Source: Paraspadella gotoi | Lineage: Eukaryota > Animalia > Chaetognatha | NCBI GenBank assembly: GCA_051294375.1 | Contig: CM119265.1 | Coordinates: 11,223,818-11,287,817, forward strand | Length of the DNA: 64,000 nucleotides | Direction of reading: 5' to 3' | Shown: piece after piece, positions 21,885 to 35,955 of the stretch | How positions within the stretch are numbered: position 1 is the first letter of the stretch | Layout: each line of letters begins with the position of its first letter | Program-made: the position numbers and the translations under genes | The notes under the pieces: generated by a model | The model's database searches: none | What the model was told of the DNA's origin: nothing | What the model saw: the letters and a program-made list of their open reading frames with translations, nothing else

Positions 21885-24630
21885 AAGTTTCCAACACAGA
21901 GTTTGAGAGAAAGGATAGTGTTCAGTTTTTTATTAGGGACAGGTGAAGGTGAGGACAGAGATAGTTTGTGAAAAGAAATTGAAATGGAGAGAGAGAGAGA
22001 GAGAGACAGTGCCTGAAAATATATTACATTATGAAATGTACAACAATGTTAAAATTTGGTAAACTTTAATAATGAATAATATCAACAATTAGCTACAGTA
22101 ATAAATTAGTGAAATGAAATAGAAGTTCATAAATGTGAAATATTTATTGTTAGTGAGGGATAGCTAAGTAATTAGGAAAAGGGAAATTACAAGTAATAAG
22201 AAAGAGCTCAAAAATGACGAAGGAGTTGGGGCGCATCCTCACTCCGCTCGTTGGTAATCAACACCACCTCCGGAACTCTGTTGATCTGACGGAAAAGCTG
22301 CAGCATATTATAGTGCCCGATACTCATCTCTTGGTCTCATGTGATTTAAAGAGCATGTTTACAAATATTCCCCAAGAATTGGCGTTACAATCAGCAGAAC
22401 GCCGCTTGAGGGAAGACCGGCAATTACACGAGCGTACGACAATCCAATTGGATGACATCATGGCACTGCTACGGCTCGACCTGGAACTGGCGTACTTCAG
22501 GTTCGATGGACAGTACTAAGCCCAGCCTGGTGGCTTAGGGATGGGCAAGTCGACATCAAGTCCTCTGGCAGATTTCTATATGGAGGACTGAGGTGGAAGC
22601 TTTGTCCTCTTTTCGATCGTTGCATGGGGCAGAGTCAATCCTCTTCTGGTATCGGAAAGCAGACGATACCATCCTGGCCGTGAGACGAGACCTCATTGAG
22701 GATCTCCTGAATCACCTGAATGGGATTCATGTGAGTATTAAGTGGACATGTGAGAAAGAGGAGAATGGGTCAATTCCAATGCTCGATGTGCTTATACAGC
22801 GCAAAGAGGGCGGCTCATTGGAATTTTCAGTATATCGCAAACCGACGCACACAGACCAATACATTCCCTTTGACTCTCATGCGCCCTTATCTCACAAGCT
22901 TGCCACGGTCAGGTCCCTTACCAGGAGAGCAGCATTGATTCCGTCGACCCCGAGCTTCAGGCCGCCGAGCTTGAGCACGTCAAAAGAGCCTTGGCCATCA
23001 ATGGTTACCCATTGTGGGCCTTCGAGAGGGCTAGGTACCGGCCGTGTCTGGTTGAGGGCAGTGGCCACCTAGGGGCTGCCCAAGTAGCCGCTGATGCAGT
23101 TTCTACCTCCGTCCCCAGGAGGCAGAAAGGGAGCTTGCTGCTGAAGTGCCTACCGCGCCACCACAGCGCAATTGGAAGATAAGCAGAAGCGCCCAAAGAA
23201 CGTGGGTCACTTGTCCCTCCCCTACCACCAGGGGATCACTGAGTCATTGGTGCGGGTGCTAGCAAAGCAGGGGATCTCCACCTCAGTGACGGCCCGCGGC
23301 TCTCTGCGTGAGCTATTGGTGAAACCGAAAGATAAAATCCCCAGACCGAAAACATCAGGAGCCGTCTATTGGGCGGCCTGTGCAGGGGCGGGCAACCAAG
23401 CTTGCACAGCAGCATACGTGGGCGAGACAGGAAAGTCTCTAACAGACCGATTCCAGCAGCATACGAGACCCTATCGTGACGCTAGAGGCCACTACCTATC
23501 TGCTATAGCCGAACACACGGCTAATACTGGCCATCTATTCAGAGAATCAGACTGTCTCGTGCTGTCCCATGACCCAAGCTGGTTTTCAAGAGGTATTAGA
23601 GAGGCAATCTACATCAAAGCCCTCGAGCCTCTTTGAACCGTGATGGAGGACGATTCGATCTCCCTCCAAGCTATGATTCGCTTATCAAAAGCGTGGTGGA
23701 GGCCCCGTCTCCACCACGTCGCACAATGATTCCCCATCTCCACTCAACGAGATAGGCGGAGACCCTTGCGCAGGCAATGGGCAGACGATACCTCTCCTTC
23801 AACTGCAGCAACTCATTCCCTTCCTCTGTGGACTGAGCGCCGCCCAAAGCGACGGCTGCAGGAGGAAGGGGGGGAGGCCACCACTCCTGTCGCGAAAGTG
23901 GCAAGAATGGACAGCCGCCCACCTCGCCAGCAGGCAAGAAGAGGGCAGTCGGCAGGCGTACCAGGCCAGAGAGACATCCGAGTAGCCTTTGGTTTCTTCC
24001 CGCAAGGAAGTCTTCCCAGCTCTGCACTAGTAGGCTCCACCAACCTGTCCTCTCAGCCAATGACACACCAATGACCCGACCTTATCAATCTAGCCTTTCA
24101 TTTGTTCATAACCAAGGGGGGCCAGCTCATTTTTGAGCTCTTTCTTATTACTTGAAATTTCCCTTTTCCTAATTACTTAGCTATCCCTCACTAACAATAA
24201 ATATTTCACATTTCTGAACTTCTATTTTATTTCACTAATTTATTACTGTAGCTAATTGTTGATATTATTCATTATTAAGTTTACTAAATTTTAACATTGT
24301 TGTACATTTCATAATGTTCTGGCGACTCGAGTTGACCTCGGTCAACCAGATGACCGTCGTCACAAAGAATCCTTTTCACCGAACTACCGTGAGACCTCAG
24401 ACGACGAAATTTGGTAAACTTAATATATTTTCAGGCACTTCTCTCTCTCTCTCTCTCTCCATTTCAATTTCTTTTTCACAAACTATCTCTGTCCTCAGCT
24501 TCACCTGTCCCTAATAAAAAACTGAACACTATCCTTTCTCAAACTCTGTGTTGGAAACTTTGCTCTGTCTCTCTCTCTCTCTCTCTCTTTCTTTATGCAC
24601 AAAATTCTCTTCAAATTCACAAATTGAATT

Positions 24631-24672
24631 GGCGCTGAAGAAGACTCGTATGTGAGTCGAAACATGTCCGTT
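24631..24672 (+). ncRNA. Minimal type I hammerhead ribozyme (PLE pLTR)
   Basis: ggcg CTGAAGA a GACTC gtatgt GAGTC GAAAC AT GTC cgtt. Confidence 0.8.
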
Positions 24673-25035
24673 TCACTATGAAATAAAAATCGTTGTTAAA
24701 TCTCTGCATAATTTATCATAATTCTATGTTCTGACATGATATAATTAGTGCCCGACAATATCGAGGGGACGGACTGACGGACCGACAAAGTGAATTATAG
24801 AGTCGGGATCTGCTGATAAGCAGATCCGACTAAAAATTGAATTAGGTTGAACTCGTAAAATTAGGCATCGCATTCGTGCATGTCATCATTTTGCTATCGC
24901 AACATCGGGTTTTTATTTATTTTTTTTACTCAGGGGCTGCGTCTGCTGATCAGTTTATTTTTTGACAATGAAACTGTAACTTTAATTTTCTCGGTACTTT
25001 ATTATTTTTTTAATTGACATCGCAAAATAGAATTT

Positions 25036-27795
25036 TTTTTAGTCGGATCTGCTTATCAGCAGATCTCGACTCTCTAACTCACTTTGTCGGTCCGTCGGTC
25101 CGCCCCCTCAATATTGTCGGGCACACACTTATATCATGTCAGAACATCGAATTATGATAAATTATGCCAAAAAAATGTCCGTCTGTCTCTCCGTCGTCCC
25201 TGTCCGTCCGTCTGTCCGTCCGTCCGTCCTGTCCGTCCGTCCGTCCTGTCCGTCCGTCCGTCCGTTCCGTCCGTCCGTCGGTCCGTCGTCGGTGTCGTCC
25301 GTCCGTCCGTCCCGATCCGTCCACTTAGAAAAAAAACACCAATTACTCGTGATTGGATGGATGGATTTAAATGAATTTTGTGTGAGGATAGGAGTAAGTG
25401 TGTGATTGAGCTGGATATGAAGTTTCGATGGAATCGTCCGAGTGGAAATGAGTTTAAATGGAAAAAAACAAAAAAAATATATTCACTATTTGAACACCAA
25501 TTGCTCATGAGTGGATGGGCTGATTGACCTGGATTTTGATGTGGGTGGAAAGTGTGTGATTGAACAGGAAATCAAGTTTCGATGGAATAGTTTGAGTGGA
25601 ATGAGTTTAAATTGAAAAAAACAAAAAACCTGTTTTACTAATGATTATGCTTCTTTTTCCTTTTATATTAAATGTATATGCAGGATGTATTAATAAATCA
25701 AATAATTAATCAGTTAATTAATCAATTAGTAAATAAATTAATCAATAATTAATTAATTAGTTAATCAATCCGTCCATCCGCCATCTTAGCAAAAAGCTCC
25801 CGAGAGGATTTGGCTGCCGTCCAATTCTCCTCTTCTCTTCTTCTTCTTTCCTCTTCCTGCCCCTCAGTATATTTTGTCTAGCGATACATTCTCTCGTTTT
25901 CTACTCTTCGCGAAATACCCATTACTTTTTCCCTCTATTTCTTCACGCCTTCAATACCCCATCAAGGCTCCAATAACTCGCTGATTGGGCTGGGTTGGAT
26001 AGAATTAATATTTGTGTGTGAGTAGGAAAGGTGTGATAAAGTGGATATAAAGTTTCGACGGAATCGTGTGAGTGAAACTGTTTAAATGGAAAAAACATAA
26101 GTCGAATTTACAAATCTTTTACTTATTTTAACCAATAATACTCTAATTAATCATAATTGGATAGATAGATGAGTTGAAATTTTGTGTGTGGGTAGGAAAA
26201 TGGTGTGACGAAGCTGTATAGTTCATGGAAATACCAGTGGAAATATTTTAATGAAATATGAGTCACATTTACTTGAATTGTTTTATTTATTTTAAACCCA
26301 TGATAGATTGACGAATGAAATTTTTCCAGTGATGGAGAAAGCTAATATAAAGTTTGACGGGATGCAAGTTGAAAAAATGATGCAAGTTGAAAAAATGATG
26401 CAAGTTAAAAAAATCTTAAAAGCATAAGGATCGTCGCTATTGCATAAAAAAGAGAGAGAGAGAGAAAGAGAGAGTGAGAGAGAGAGTGAGGAGAAAGAAG
26501 AGAGTGAGAGGAGAGAGAGAGAGTGGAGAGAGAGAGAGAGAAGGAGACATAAAATAAAAAAATCTTAAAAACTCAAGATCGAGCCAGAGCCCACTATCAA
26601 AAGAAAATTATGAAAAAACCCAGGAAAAAAACGAATGAATCAATGCGCTAAACGAATTATTGATGTAATACGTAATTGATTGTAGGTTAATACTCAAATA
26701 TGATTGAATTGTAATAATAATTATTATGTATAGGAATTTATATATTCATTCGATGATAATCAATTATTGATGCGATGATAGTCATTCACTGCTGTGATGA
26801 TAGTCATTCACTGATGCGATGATTGTCATTCATTGATGCGATGAATTGTCATTCATTGATGCGATGATAGTCAATAAAACAAACAAATGCGTGTATGAGT
26901 GAAAAGGAGAGAGAGAGAGAGAGAGAGAAAGTAGAGAGGAAGAGAGAGAGACAGAGAAAAAAGAGAATAAATCCACGAAAATCTCGGATGAAAATATGGG
27001 CATTTTGTATTGAAAAAAAGCGCGAATAAATGGTAATAATAAAAAGTTTTTTAGAAGGAAAAAAATAATCAGAATTTTTCAAAAAACAAACGATCACGCA
27101 GGAGATCGACAGAGAGGGACAGACACACACAGAGAGAAAAAGATGAGAGAGAGACAGCCGCTGCAGAGAAAAGAGAGAGAGAAGAGCGATATATAATAAA
27201 AGAGAGAGAGAGAGGAGAGAGAAGCTCTACAGCCCCTTTACTCGTTAAAAGAATCAGCAGTACCTATGGCGCCGACATAGCGTGAGCTCTTCTCTACCCT
27301 AAGGCCCCGGGTTCACACCCTGTTCGCGGCATCGTTTTTTACATTAGTGAGCCCACATTATATCTAAAATTTTTTTTAAAAAAAAAAAAGAGAGAGAGAG
27401 AGAGAGAGAAAGAAGCTGGACCAGACGCTGCAGAGCCCGGAACTCGTTTTTAGACAAATCAGAGAAGCAGTGACGGAGAAAAAGAGAGAGAGGAGAGAGC
27501 GACATATATTTAAAAGAAAGACGAGAGAGCGACATATAATTAAACGTTTTGTTTTTAAATAAAACATAAACAAATACGAATATTGATATGAAACATGAGA
27601 ATTTTAAAGATCTTGATCTTAGAAGCCATATATGAAATTTTCAACTCCCTATGATATCACACTTTCAGAAGCCATGATTGCAAAAAAGCGTGACCGAAAG
27701 CTAAACCAAATCAAACATCTATCTCGATAATAAGAGGATATTGTTTGTTTTGATTAAAAATGTAAACAAAACATTTAATAACTGTCCTGATCAAT
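25036..27795 (+). mobile_element. Long DINE-1/Helentron-like element (noisy sequence), inverted near-copy of about 59640-62282
   Basis: 5' subTIR plus inverted repeat agtcggatctgcttatcagcagatctcgac, a (GTCC)n microsatellite, internal tandem units, GA tracts and GATGCGATGAT repeats. Confidence 0.75.
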
Positions 27796-28944
27796 TTTAA
27801 GAATCATTTTTTAAAAAAAATATAGCTTTTTCTTATTTTTTACCCACTTAATGAAGGAAATTTTTAATTTTTAACATTTATTGGATTAGTACTAGTATAA
27901 ATATGGCCTACTGCGTGAATTGTAAAATTTATTATAAATTTTTTTATTACATAAATGTTCATTAGTATAATATTGTTCGTTCCTCACTTTTAGATTTTTA
28001 ATTAAAATTAAATTTAGAAATTTTACTACGCCTTAGTATACAATGATAAGTTTGATCCAGCTCTTTAGATGTAAAATGGTGCTGATTTCCTCAGGAACTT
28101 TTTTTGTTACTTGGTTACAAGGTAAGATCAGAATCTTCTTTTACAAAAGATGGATCAATATCGGAAATGATCTGACGAAACATCAAAACATCAAAAATAC
28201 AATAATTATTTCGTCGTAAGCACAGTAAAAATTCGGCGTCCGATTCCCGATCTTCCACCAATTTTGTTGAATCATGGAGAACCAAAGCATCTTCAGCAGA
28301 GTCGAAACATGTCCTTAGAAACTGTTAAACAAATTGTTATTCAAAAACGAATTTTTCGTTACACTCCTTAAACACACAAACAACAAAAAGAAAGATCGAA
28401 TAGAATAAATAAAAAATAAAGTCAAAATAATAATAATAATAATAATCGTTAGAGAAAACAAAGTTTTTTATTTTTGTTACAAACAACGATTTTTGTATTA
28501 ACAGGACAAGTTTTGGCTTTAGTGCGCTTTTGCACTAAAGCCAAAACATGTCCTGTTTTTATGTCTAATATAAAAATCGTTGTTTGTAATAAAAATAGAA
28601 AACTTTTTCTCTAACGTCTAACCACAATTAAAAAGTAAAGGATTAAACCATGTATAAGTCGTTAAAAGGATATAAATTTATGAAATTGGTACAACCAATA
28701 TAAAAATTATACATTCATTTAATAAATAAGCTATCTTGTCCCTGACTTTGGACAGGCTTTGGTGGTTTAAGGCCTCCATCACACTTACAAGATAATAACA
28801 TAGCAGGTTTCTGCAAGCTTTCAATCAAGACTCTCTCACAGTCTTATTTATTCACTCCCAGTGAACCTGGCTTCCCTATCAATTCCTTTCTTTTTGTTGC
28901 GTATTAAAAAAAAACAGATTTTTGTGTTTACATTAATTTTAATG

Positions 28945-28985
28945 ACGTACATGTTTCGGCTCTTCTTTGAGTCTTCATCAGCGTT
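28945..28985 (-). ncRNA. Minimal hammerhead ribozyme in a short PLE-derived fold-back element (about 28905-29275)
   Basis: aacg CTGATGA a GACTC aaagaa GAGCC GAAAC AT GTA cgt. Confidence 0.65.
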
Positions 28986-29534
28986 TTGCCAATCAACAAA
29001 TTGCTCTCTTTAACATTATTTTTGGAGAAAGAGAAAGAAAGAAAAAGAGAGAGCTTCCAACAAAGAATTGAGGAAGGACAGTGGTCAGATGTAAGGACAG
29101 GGAAGAAGAGATATTGGTTGAAACTTGAAAGGTGAAATTTTTTTGAGAGTAAACAGAGGTAGAGAAAATATTTATATTTGGCAATGTTGATTGGCAAAAC
29201 AATGATGAAGACTCTCAAAGACGACTATTAAACTCATTAAAATCGTTGTAAACACAAAAATCTTTTTTTTTCTAAGGATACAACTAAAATAATAGCGAAC
29301 AATAATTAGTTTTATTCAAAATTATCATTGTAACATTTAGCTTGATTAACATTTACATTAGATTTTTATTAATTATTTTAACTAATTAAGTATTTCATAT
29401 TGTTTTTCTCACATATTACTATCTAATTTTATCTATTTTTGTTTTTTAATTTTTGTCTATTGAAAGAAAATTACATGAAATTACATTAGAGACAGTTTGA
29501 GTTTAGTTTTGACAACGATTTTTATTTAATTCAA

Positions 29535-29576
29535 AACAGACATGTTTCGGCTTCATTTCAAGCCTTCATCAGCGTT
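29535..29576 (-). ncRNA. Minimal hammerhead ribozyme in a short PLE-derived fold-back element (about 29490-30092)
   Basis: aacg CTGATGA a GGCTT gaaatg AAGCC GAAAC AT GTC tgtt. Confidence 0.8.
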
Positions 29577-30926
29577 AGTGAACTTGAAAAATATTTTTGT
29601 GTAAAGGAAGAGAGAAAGAGAGATAAACAGAGAGAGAGAGAGAGGGCAAAGTTTCCAACACAGAGTTTAGAAAGGACAGTGGTCAATTGGTGAGGACAGG
29701 CTGAAGTTGAGAAAAGACAGAGTAAGTTGTGAAAAGAAGTGAAATGGTGAAAAAGAGAGAGAGAAAACAGTACAAAATCTTTACATTGTGTAATGTATAA
29801 CAATAAGAAAAGTTTTAAACTGATGAATATTAGTAAAATATAACAATTAATCTACTTAATAATTAGTGAGAATGAAACAGGAAATTTGAAATTGAAAGGA
29901 TAGATTTGAGAGATGAGTTAATAAGTAATAAAGTGAAATTGAAGAGTAAAGATAGAGCTCAAAATGAGCTGGCCCCCCTTGGCATGGGCAAATGAGAGGC
30001 ATGATCGATGAATTAAATAAAAATCGTTGTCAAAACTAAACTCAAACTGTCTCTTATCGTCCCAAACAACGAAAAGAAAGGATTTATATCACAATGAAAT
30101 TACATAAAAATGACCCGAAGTCACGTGACTTTGGCGCTTTTGATCTACCCTGTAGTGATTCTTTCAAATATCTTATTTGGGTACAATTGATAGCCCTTGA
30201 GCAGACAAACCGATACATAACGTCATTTCGGGTATAAGAACACTTTTTTTACAATTTATTAAATAGTATATTTGGTTATCATCGCATCAATATTTGGTTA
30301 TCATCATATCAATATTTGGTTATCATCGCATCAATATTTGGTTATAATAATCAATAATCAATTATTATTATATCAATCAATCAATCAAATACTATTACAT
30401 CAATCAATCAATTATTATTACATTAATCAATCAATTACTATTACATCAATCAATTGCAATTATATCAATTAATCAATTACTATTACATCAATCAATCAAT
30501 TATTATTATATCAATCAATTATTATTACATCAATCAATCAAATCAATTACTATTACATCAATCAATCAAATCAATTACTATTACATCATTCAATCAAACC
30601 AATTACTATTATATCAATCAATCAAATCAATTACTATTATATTAATCAATCAAATCAATTATTATTATATCAATCAATCAAACCAATTATTATTATATCA
30701 ATCGATCAAATTAATTATTATTATATCAATCAATCAAATTAATTATTATTATATCAATCAATCGAATCAATTACTATTACATCAATCAATCAAATCAATT
30801 ACTATTACATTAATAATTCGTTATTGCATCAATCATTCGGGGTTTTTTTTTCGGATTTTTTCATTAATTTTCATCGATAGTAACGTCTGGCGAGATCACT
30901 ATACTTTAAGATTTTTTCGTTTTCAG

Positions 30927-32236
30927 AATCTTCGACAACATGAAGTTGCCCGAGGCTGTGAGCGAGAAGGCTGAGTGGATGACAACGACATGCAACCACG
31001 CCCTCTATGCCATCGTCGACGTCTTCACGCAGTACTACGATGTCTTGCAGCATTTTCTTTTGCCAGGTCAGTCTCACTATTTCTACAGAGCTCTTCGAAC
31101 GGGGTTTTGTTTTAACGCTGTTTAACACGCTCATTCCGCCACAGGGAAATCCTATGGTAAGTCGTAACGATCACTCCGTTTTTCGTGAAATGGCTTTCGC
31201 AAGCGAAAAAAGGTCGCCCGGTATTAATCGGCGATTACTAATTGGGGCGGCGAATGGTGTGTCGCTTGAAACGCGTCACGCTTTTTAAAAATTAATATCT
31301 CCCCTCTCCCTCTTGAGTAGGGAATATAATTCGAATGTTGCATTTTTATTCGTAAGCCTTTTTTTTATTCACGGCGGTATTGTGTGGTTAGATTTTAGAA
31401 AAAAAATTTCGTCGAATTGCTTTGGAGTTTTAAATGTTCTTTTCTTTTTCTCTTTCATTTCCTTTTTACCCCTGATCCACCATCGACCCTCTGAAGATAT
31501 GTTTACCCAACTTCATTGGTGCGTTCAGCAAGACAACGAGCAACTGGCGCGATCCGGCATTAACTGCCTGGAAACTCTGCTCATTCTCAACGGTGAACGA
31601 TCTGTTTACATTTATTCTGACTACGGTTTCTTAGCTGTCCTTTTTTGACTCATTTTCTCCTTAACCAGGTATGAAGTTCTCCCCTCAAGTTTGGGACAAG
31701 ACTGTCAACTGTATTGTGGACGTTTTCGAGTCAACTGTTCCGCATCATCTGCTGACTTGGAAGCCGGAGCACAGTCAGATAGGTCAGTGTTTTTTCCCCG
31801 TTATTGAGTGAAGAATTATGATAAATAATCGCGTAATGATCTTTAATTTCGTCCCTCCCAGTTACGTCTCAATCGCAGCCGGATATAAGCGACGGCGAAC
31901 GCGTTAACGTCAAGTTGGAGAAAAAAACGAGCTTCAACGGCTCCTTCGAACACGTCCGTTTTTTCGCTTTGTTTTTACTTTAAACTTCTTCTTATCTCAT
32001 ATTCCTTCATATCTCTATTTCTAAACAGGAACCCGACAGTAAAGACCACAAGTTTCCGCGCCTCATGAAATTTCCTCCCGACAAAGAGCGGTTGTTTTAT
32101 TCTTTGCTCATTAAATGCGTCGTGCAACTCGAGATCATCCAAACCATCGACAACGTGGTATTCTACCCAGCGACGAGCAAGAAAGAGGACGCGGAAAACA
32201 TGGCCGCCGCTGCGCAAGCGCTCTCTTGCACTCCGG
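30927..32236 (+). CDS. ARFGEF1: BIG1/BIG2-type Arf-GEF, block C (exons 30927-31066, 31497-31592, 31669-31782, 31862-31953, 32029-32236)
   Basis: [34 protein letters not shown]; [22 protein letters not shown]; [10 protein letters not shown]; LLTWKP; [40 protein letters not shown], phases consistent. Confidence 0.92.
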
Positions 32237-32494
32237 GTGATTGGGGGGAGATTGGGAAAATCAGGGATGTGGAGCTGGAGCCGCCGGAGCCGAGCTTTTT
32301 TGCTGGAGCCGGAGCCAGAAATTTTATCTGGCCGGAGTCAGAGCCGGAGCCGAAATAAAAATGCTAGGCTCCAGCTCCATAAAAATGAAATAAGATTATA
32401 AATATTAAATTTAAAAAAAATATTTAAAAAAATATAATACTAATTATCGTCGCAATCGTTTGTAACGATTTTGCTGTGGTTTTGCACATAAGTG

Positions 32495-32525
<31 letters not shown>

Positions 32526-32677
32526 TCCAAATTATAGATCTCCTTTTTCATGATTAAATTTGGGTGTATGAAGCTGAAAATTTATATATGTCCTTGGTAT
32601 ATCCTTTCTTTTCGTTGTTGTATAGAGATTTACAAGGAAATTTGAATTGTTACAACGATTTTATTATTAATAAGTTT

Positions 32678-32720
32678 CAGACATGTTTCGACTCAGACAT
32701 TTTCGAGTCTTCATCAGCGC
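32678..32720 (-). ncRNA. Minimal hammerhead ribozyme (PLE pLTR fragment)
   Basis: gcg CTGATGA a GACTC gaaaatgtct GAGTC GAAAC AT GTC tg. Confidence 0.7.
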
Positions 32721-32759
32721 TTTTGACAGTTGTGAATAATGGGACAATTTGTGAGTTAA

Positions 32760-32800
<41 letters not shown>

Positions 32801-33144
32801 CAGTCCTTAAAATTGGGTGAGGACAGTTATTAAATATGTTTTGTTTACATTTTATCAAAAGAAACAAATATGCTCTATTTTATTTTTATGTCTCCTCTCT
32901 CTTTCTCCTATAATTATATGTAGCTATCTCTCTCTCTCTTTTCCCCAGTGCTGATTCATCGAAGAAAAACGAGTCTGCAGCTGGCTCTGCAGGGGCTTTC
33001 TTTCTTTTTCTCTCTTTTCTCCTGCTGCTTCTGCTGCTGCCTTTTTATGATTTTTTTTTTTTCTGGCTGCTTCTGCTGCTGCCGATGCTGATTCGTCCGA
33101 AAACGATTTGGCTTCTCTCTCTCTCTCTGCGTTTTTATTAAAAA

Positions 33145-35955
33145 AACAAGTTTGAGCAAACAATGTCGGATCTGCCTACAATAATTAAGCGGTAATCTGC
33201 TAATCGGATAACAATATTTTTTTAAATTTTTTTCACTCGCATCATTTTTTGAACTCGCATCATTTTTTGAACTCGCATAATTTTTTCCACACACATAATT
33301 TTTTCAACTCATCATTTTTTCAATTTACATCATTTTTACAATTTGCATCATTTTTTTTAACTTGCATCATTTTTGCAACTTGCATCATTTTTTCAACTTG
33401 CATCATTTTTTCAACTGGCATAATTTTTTAAAATTGTATTATTTTTTCAAATTAATTAATTAATTAAAACATTTATTAGTAATCATAAATTAAAAAAATT
33501 CAAGAAAATGTGAATTATGTTTTTGCATTTAAACTCATTTCCACAGGCACAATTCCGTCAAAACTTTATATCTAGCTTCTTCACACTTTCCTTTTCAATC
33601 TATTAATTAAATTATGATTAATTCGAGTAATTATGGGTTAAAATAAGTAACATTGCAGGACTAACAAGATCGTGAAAACAAAAAGATTCAAGTAAATGTG
33701 ACTCATATTTTTTTTATTTAAACTCCTTTCTACTCGTACGTTTCCACCGAAACTTTGTATCAAGCTTCGTCACACACTTTCCTACCCATACACAAAATTT
33801 CAACTAAATCTATTCATCCAATTATGATTAAATAGAGTATTTATTGGTTAAAATAAGTAAAAAGATTTTAGTAAATGCAACTTATGTTTTTTCCATTTAA
33901 ACTCATTTCCACTCGCACGATTCCAATCCAACCAGCCAATCACGAGTTATTGGAGCTTTTTGCTAAGATGGGATGGATGAACAGATTGATTGACTAATTA
34001 ATTAATTATTATTAATTAATTGACTAATTGATTAATTAACTGATTAATTATTTGATTTATTAATACATCCTTCATTTACATTTAATATAAAAGGAAAAAG
34101 AAGCATGATCAATTAGTGAAACAGGTTTGTTTTTTTCCATTTAAACTCATTTCCACTCAAACGATTCCATCGAAACTTGATTTCCAGCTTAATCACACAC
34201 TTTCCTACGCAAATACAAAATTTCAAGTCAATCGCCCCATCCACTCTTGAGTAATTGGTGTTCAAATAGTGAAATTTATTTTTTTATTTTTCCATTTAAA
34301 TTCATTCCCACTCGGATGATTCCATTGAAACTTCATATACAGCTCAATCGGTCAAAAATGAGAAAAAGCTATATTTTAAGCTGAAAATTAATTTTTTATA
34401 TATTAAATATAATTTTTTAATTTTTAACCCACTTAATGAAAGAATTTTAAAAATGATTATATTTTCTTTTATCAACTTTTGACGAGGAATTCAAATCTGC
34501 AATCAAAATAAGAAAAGCTTATTTTGAATTTTTTGATTTTATAAGGATAGTACTATATATAAATATAGCCTACTGCGAAAATTAAAAACATAAAATTAAT
34601 TTTTTTTATAATTAATGTTCACTGATGGTATGTTGTTCATAATTGACTTTTAGAATTTTTGTATGTAAACTTTCACTACGCCTTAACCATCAGTGAACAT
34701 TAATTTGTAAAAAAAAAAATTTTATGTTTTTTTAATTTTTGCATTAGGCTATATTTATTAAGGCATAGTGAAGTTACATACGAAAATTCTAAAAGTCAAT
34801 TATGAACAACATACCATCAGTGAACATTAATTTGTAAAAAAAATTAATTTTATGTTTTTTAATTTTCGCAGTAGGCTATATTTATATATAGTACTAACCT
34901 TATAAATCGAAAAATTTCAAAATAGGCTTTTCTTAATTTTGATTGCAGATTTGAATTCCTCGTAAAAGTTGATAAAGAAAATATAAGTCATTTTTAAAAA
35001 TTCTTTCATTAAGTGGGTTAAAAATTAAAAAAATATATTTAATATGGAAAAAGTAAATTTTCAGCTTAAAATATAGCTTTTTCTCATTTTTGACCACTTA
35101 ATGAAGGAATTTTTCAAAAGAGTTATATTTCTTTCTGTCAACTTTTTATGACGAATCCAAATCTGCAAAAAAATCTTACAAAAAACTGTTTTGAAATTTT
35201 AACATTTATTGGTTTAGTACTAGTATAAATATGGCCTACTGCGTAAATTGTAAAATTTATTATAAATTTTTCTATTACATAAATGTTCATTAATAAAATG
35301 TTGTTCGTTCTTCACTTTTCGAATTTTAATTAAAGTTAAATTTAGAAATTTACTACGCCTTAATATTTATATATAGTACTATCCTTATAAAATCGAAAAA
35401 ATTTCAAAATAGGCTTTTCTTAATTTTGATTGCAGATTTGAATTCTTTCGTCAAAAGTTGATAAAAGAAAATTATTTGTTTTTTTCCATTTTAACTCATT
35501 TCCACTCGCACAATTTCATCGAAACTTTATATCCCGCTCAATCACACACTTCCCTACCATCATACAAAATTTCAAGTCAATTGCCCTATCCACTCATGAG
35601 CAATTGGCGTTCAAATAGTGAAATATATTTTTTTGTTTTTTCCATTTAAACCAATTTCCACTCGCACGATTCCCTCGAAACTTCATATCAATCTCAATCA
35701 CACAGTTTCCTACCCACACACGAAATTTCATACTAATCCATCCATCCAATCACGAGTAATTGGAGTTTTTTGCTAAGGTGGGACGGACGGACAGACAGAC
35801 GGACGGACGGACATCGTTTTTTTTGCATAATTTATCATAATTCGATGTTCTGACATGACATAAGTGTGTGCCCGACAATATTGAGGGGGCGGACCGACGG
35901 ACCGACAAAGTGAGTTATAGAGTCGGGATCTGCTGATAAGCAGATCCGACTAAAA
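33145..35955 (-). mobile_element. DINE-1/Helentron-like element carrying a 1.1-kb insert of nested hAT MITEs (34350-35470)
   Basis: Both HINE termini are present, with (GGAC)n near 35780. Confidence 0.75.

Larger units (their letters stand above)
21681..24704 (+). mobile_element. Penelope-like retroelement (5'-truncated RT + GIY-YIG, decayed) with inverted pseudo-LTR, inserted in a HINE
   Basis: RT: LVSCDLKSMFTNIP, GMGKSTSSPLADFYME, YRKADD, YRKPTHTDQY. GIY-YIG: GAVY...YVGETG...[16 protein letters not shown]. Contains stops and frameshifts. 21734-22213 is the reverse complement of 24130-24704. 15-bp TSD TGCATAATTTATCAT (21666-21680, 24705-24719). Confidence 0.92.

Noticed and set aside
22589-23636. 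In-frame TGA codons in the Penelope ORF as possible selenocysteine
   Set aside because: Homologous sequence resumes in another frame after each TGA (MED-EVEAL; EP-LNRDGG), so these are frameshifts; a TAA is also present at 22517.
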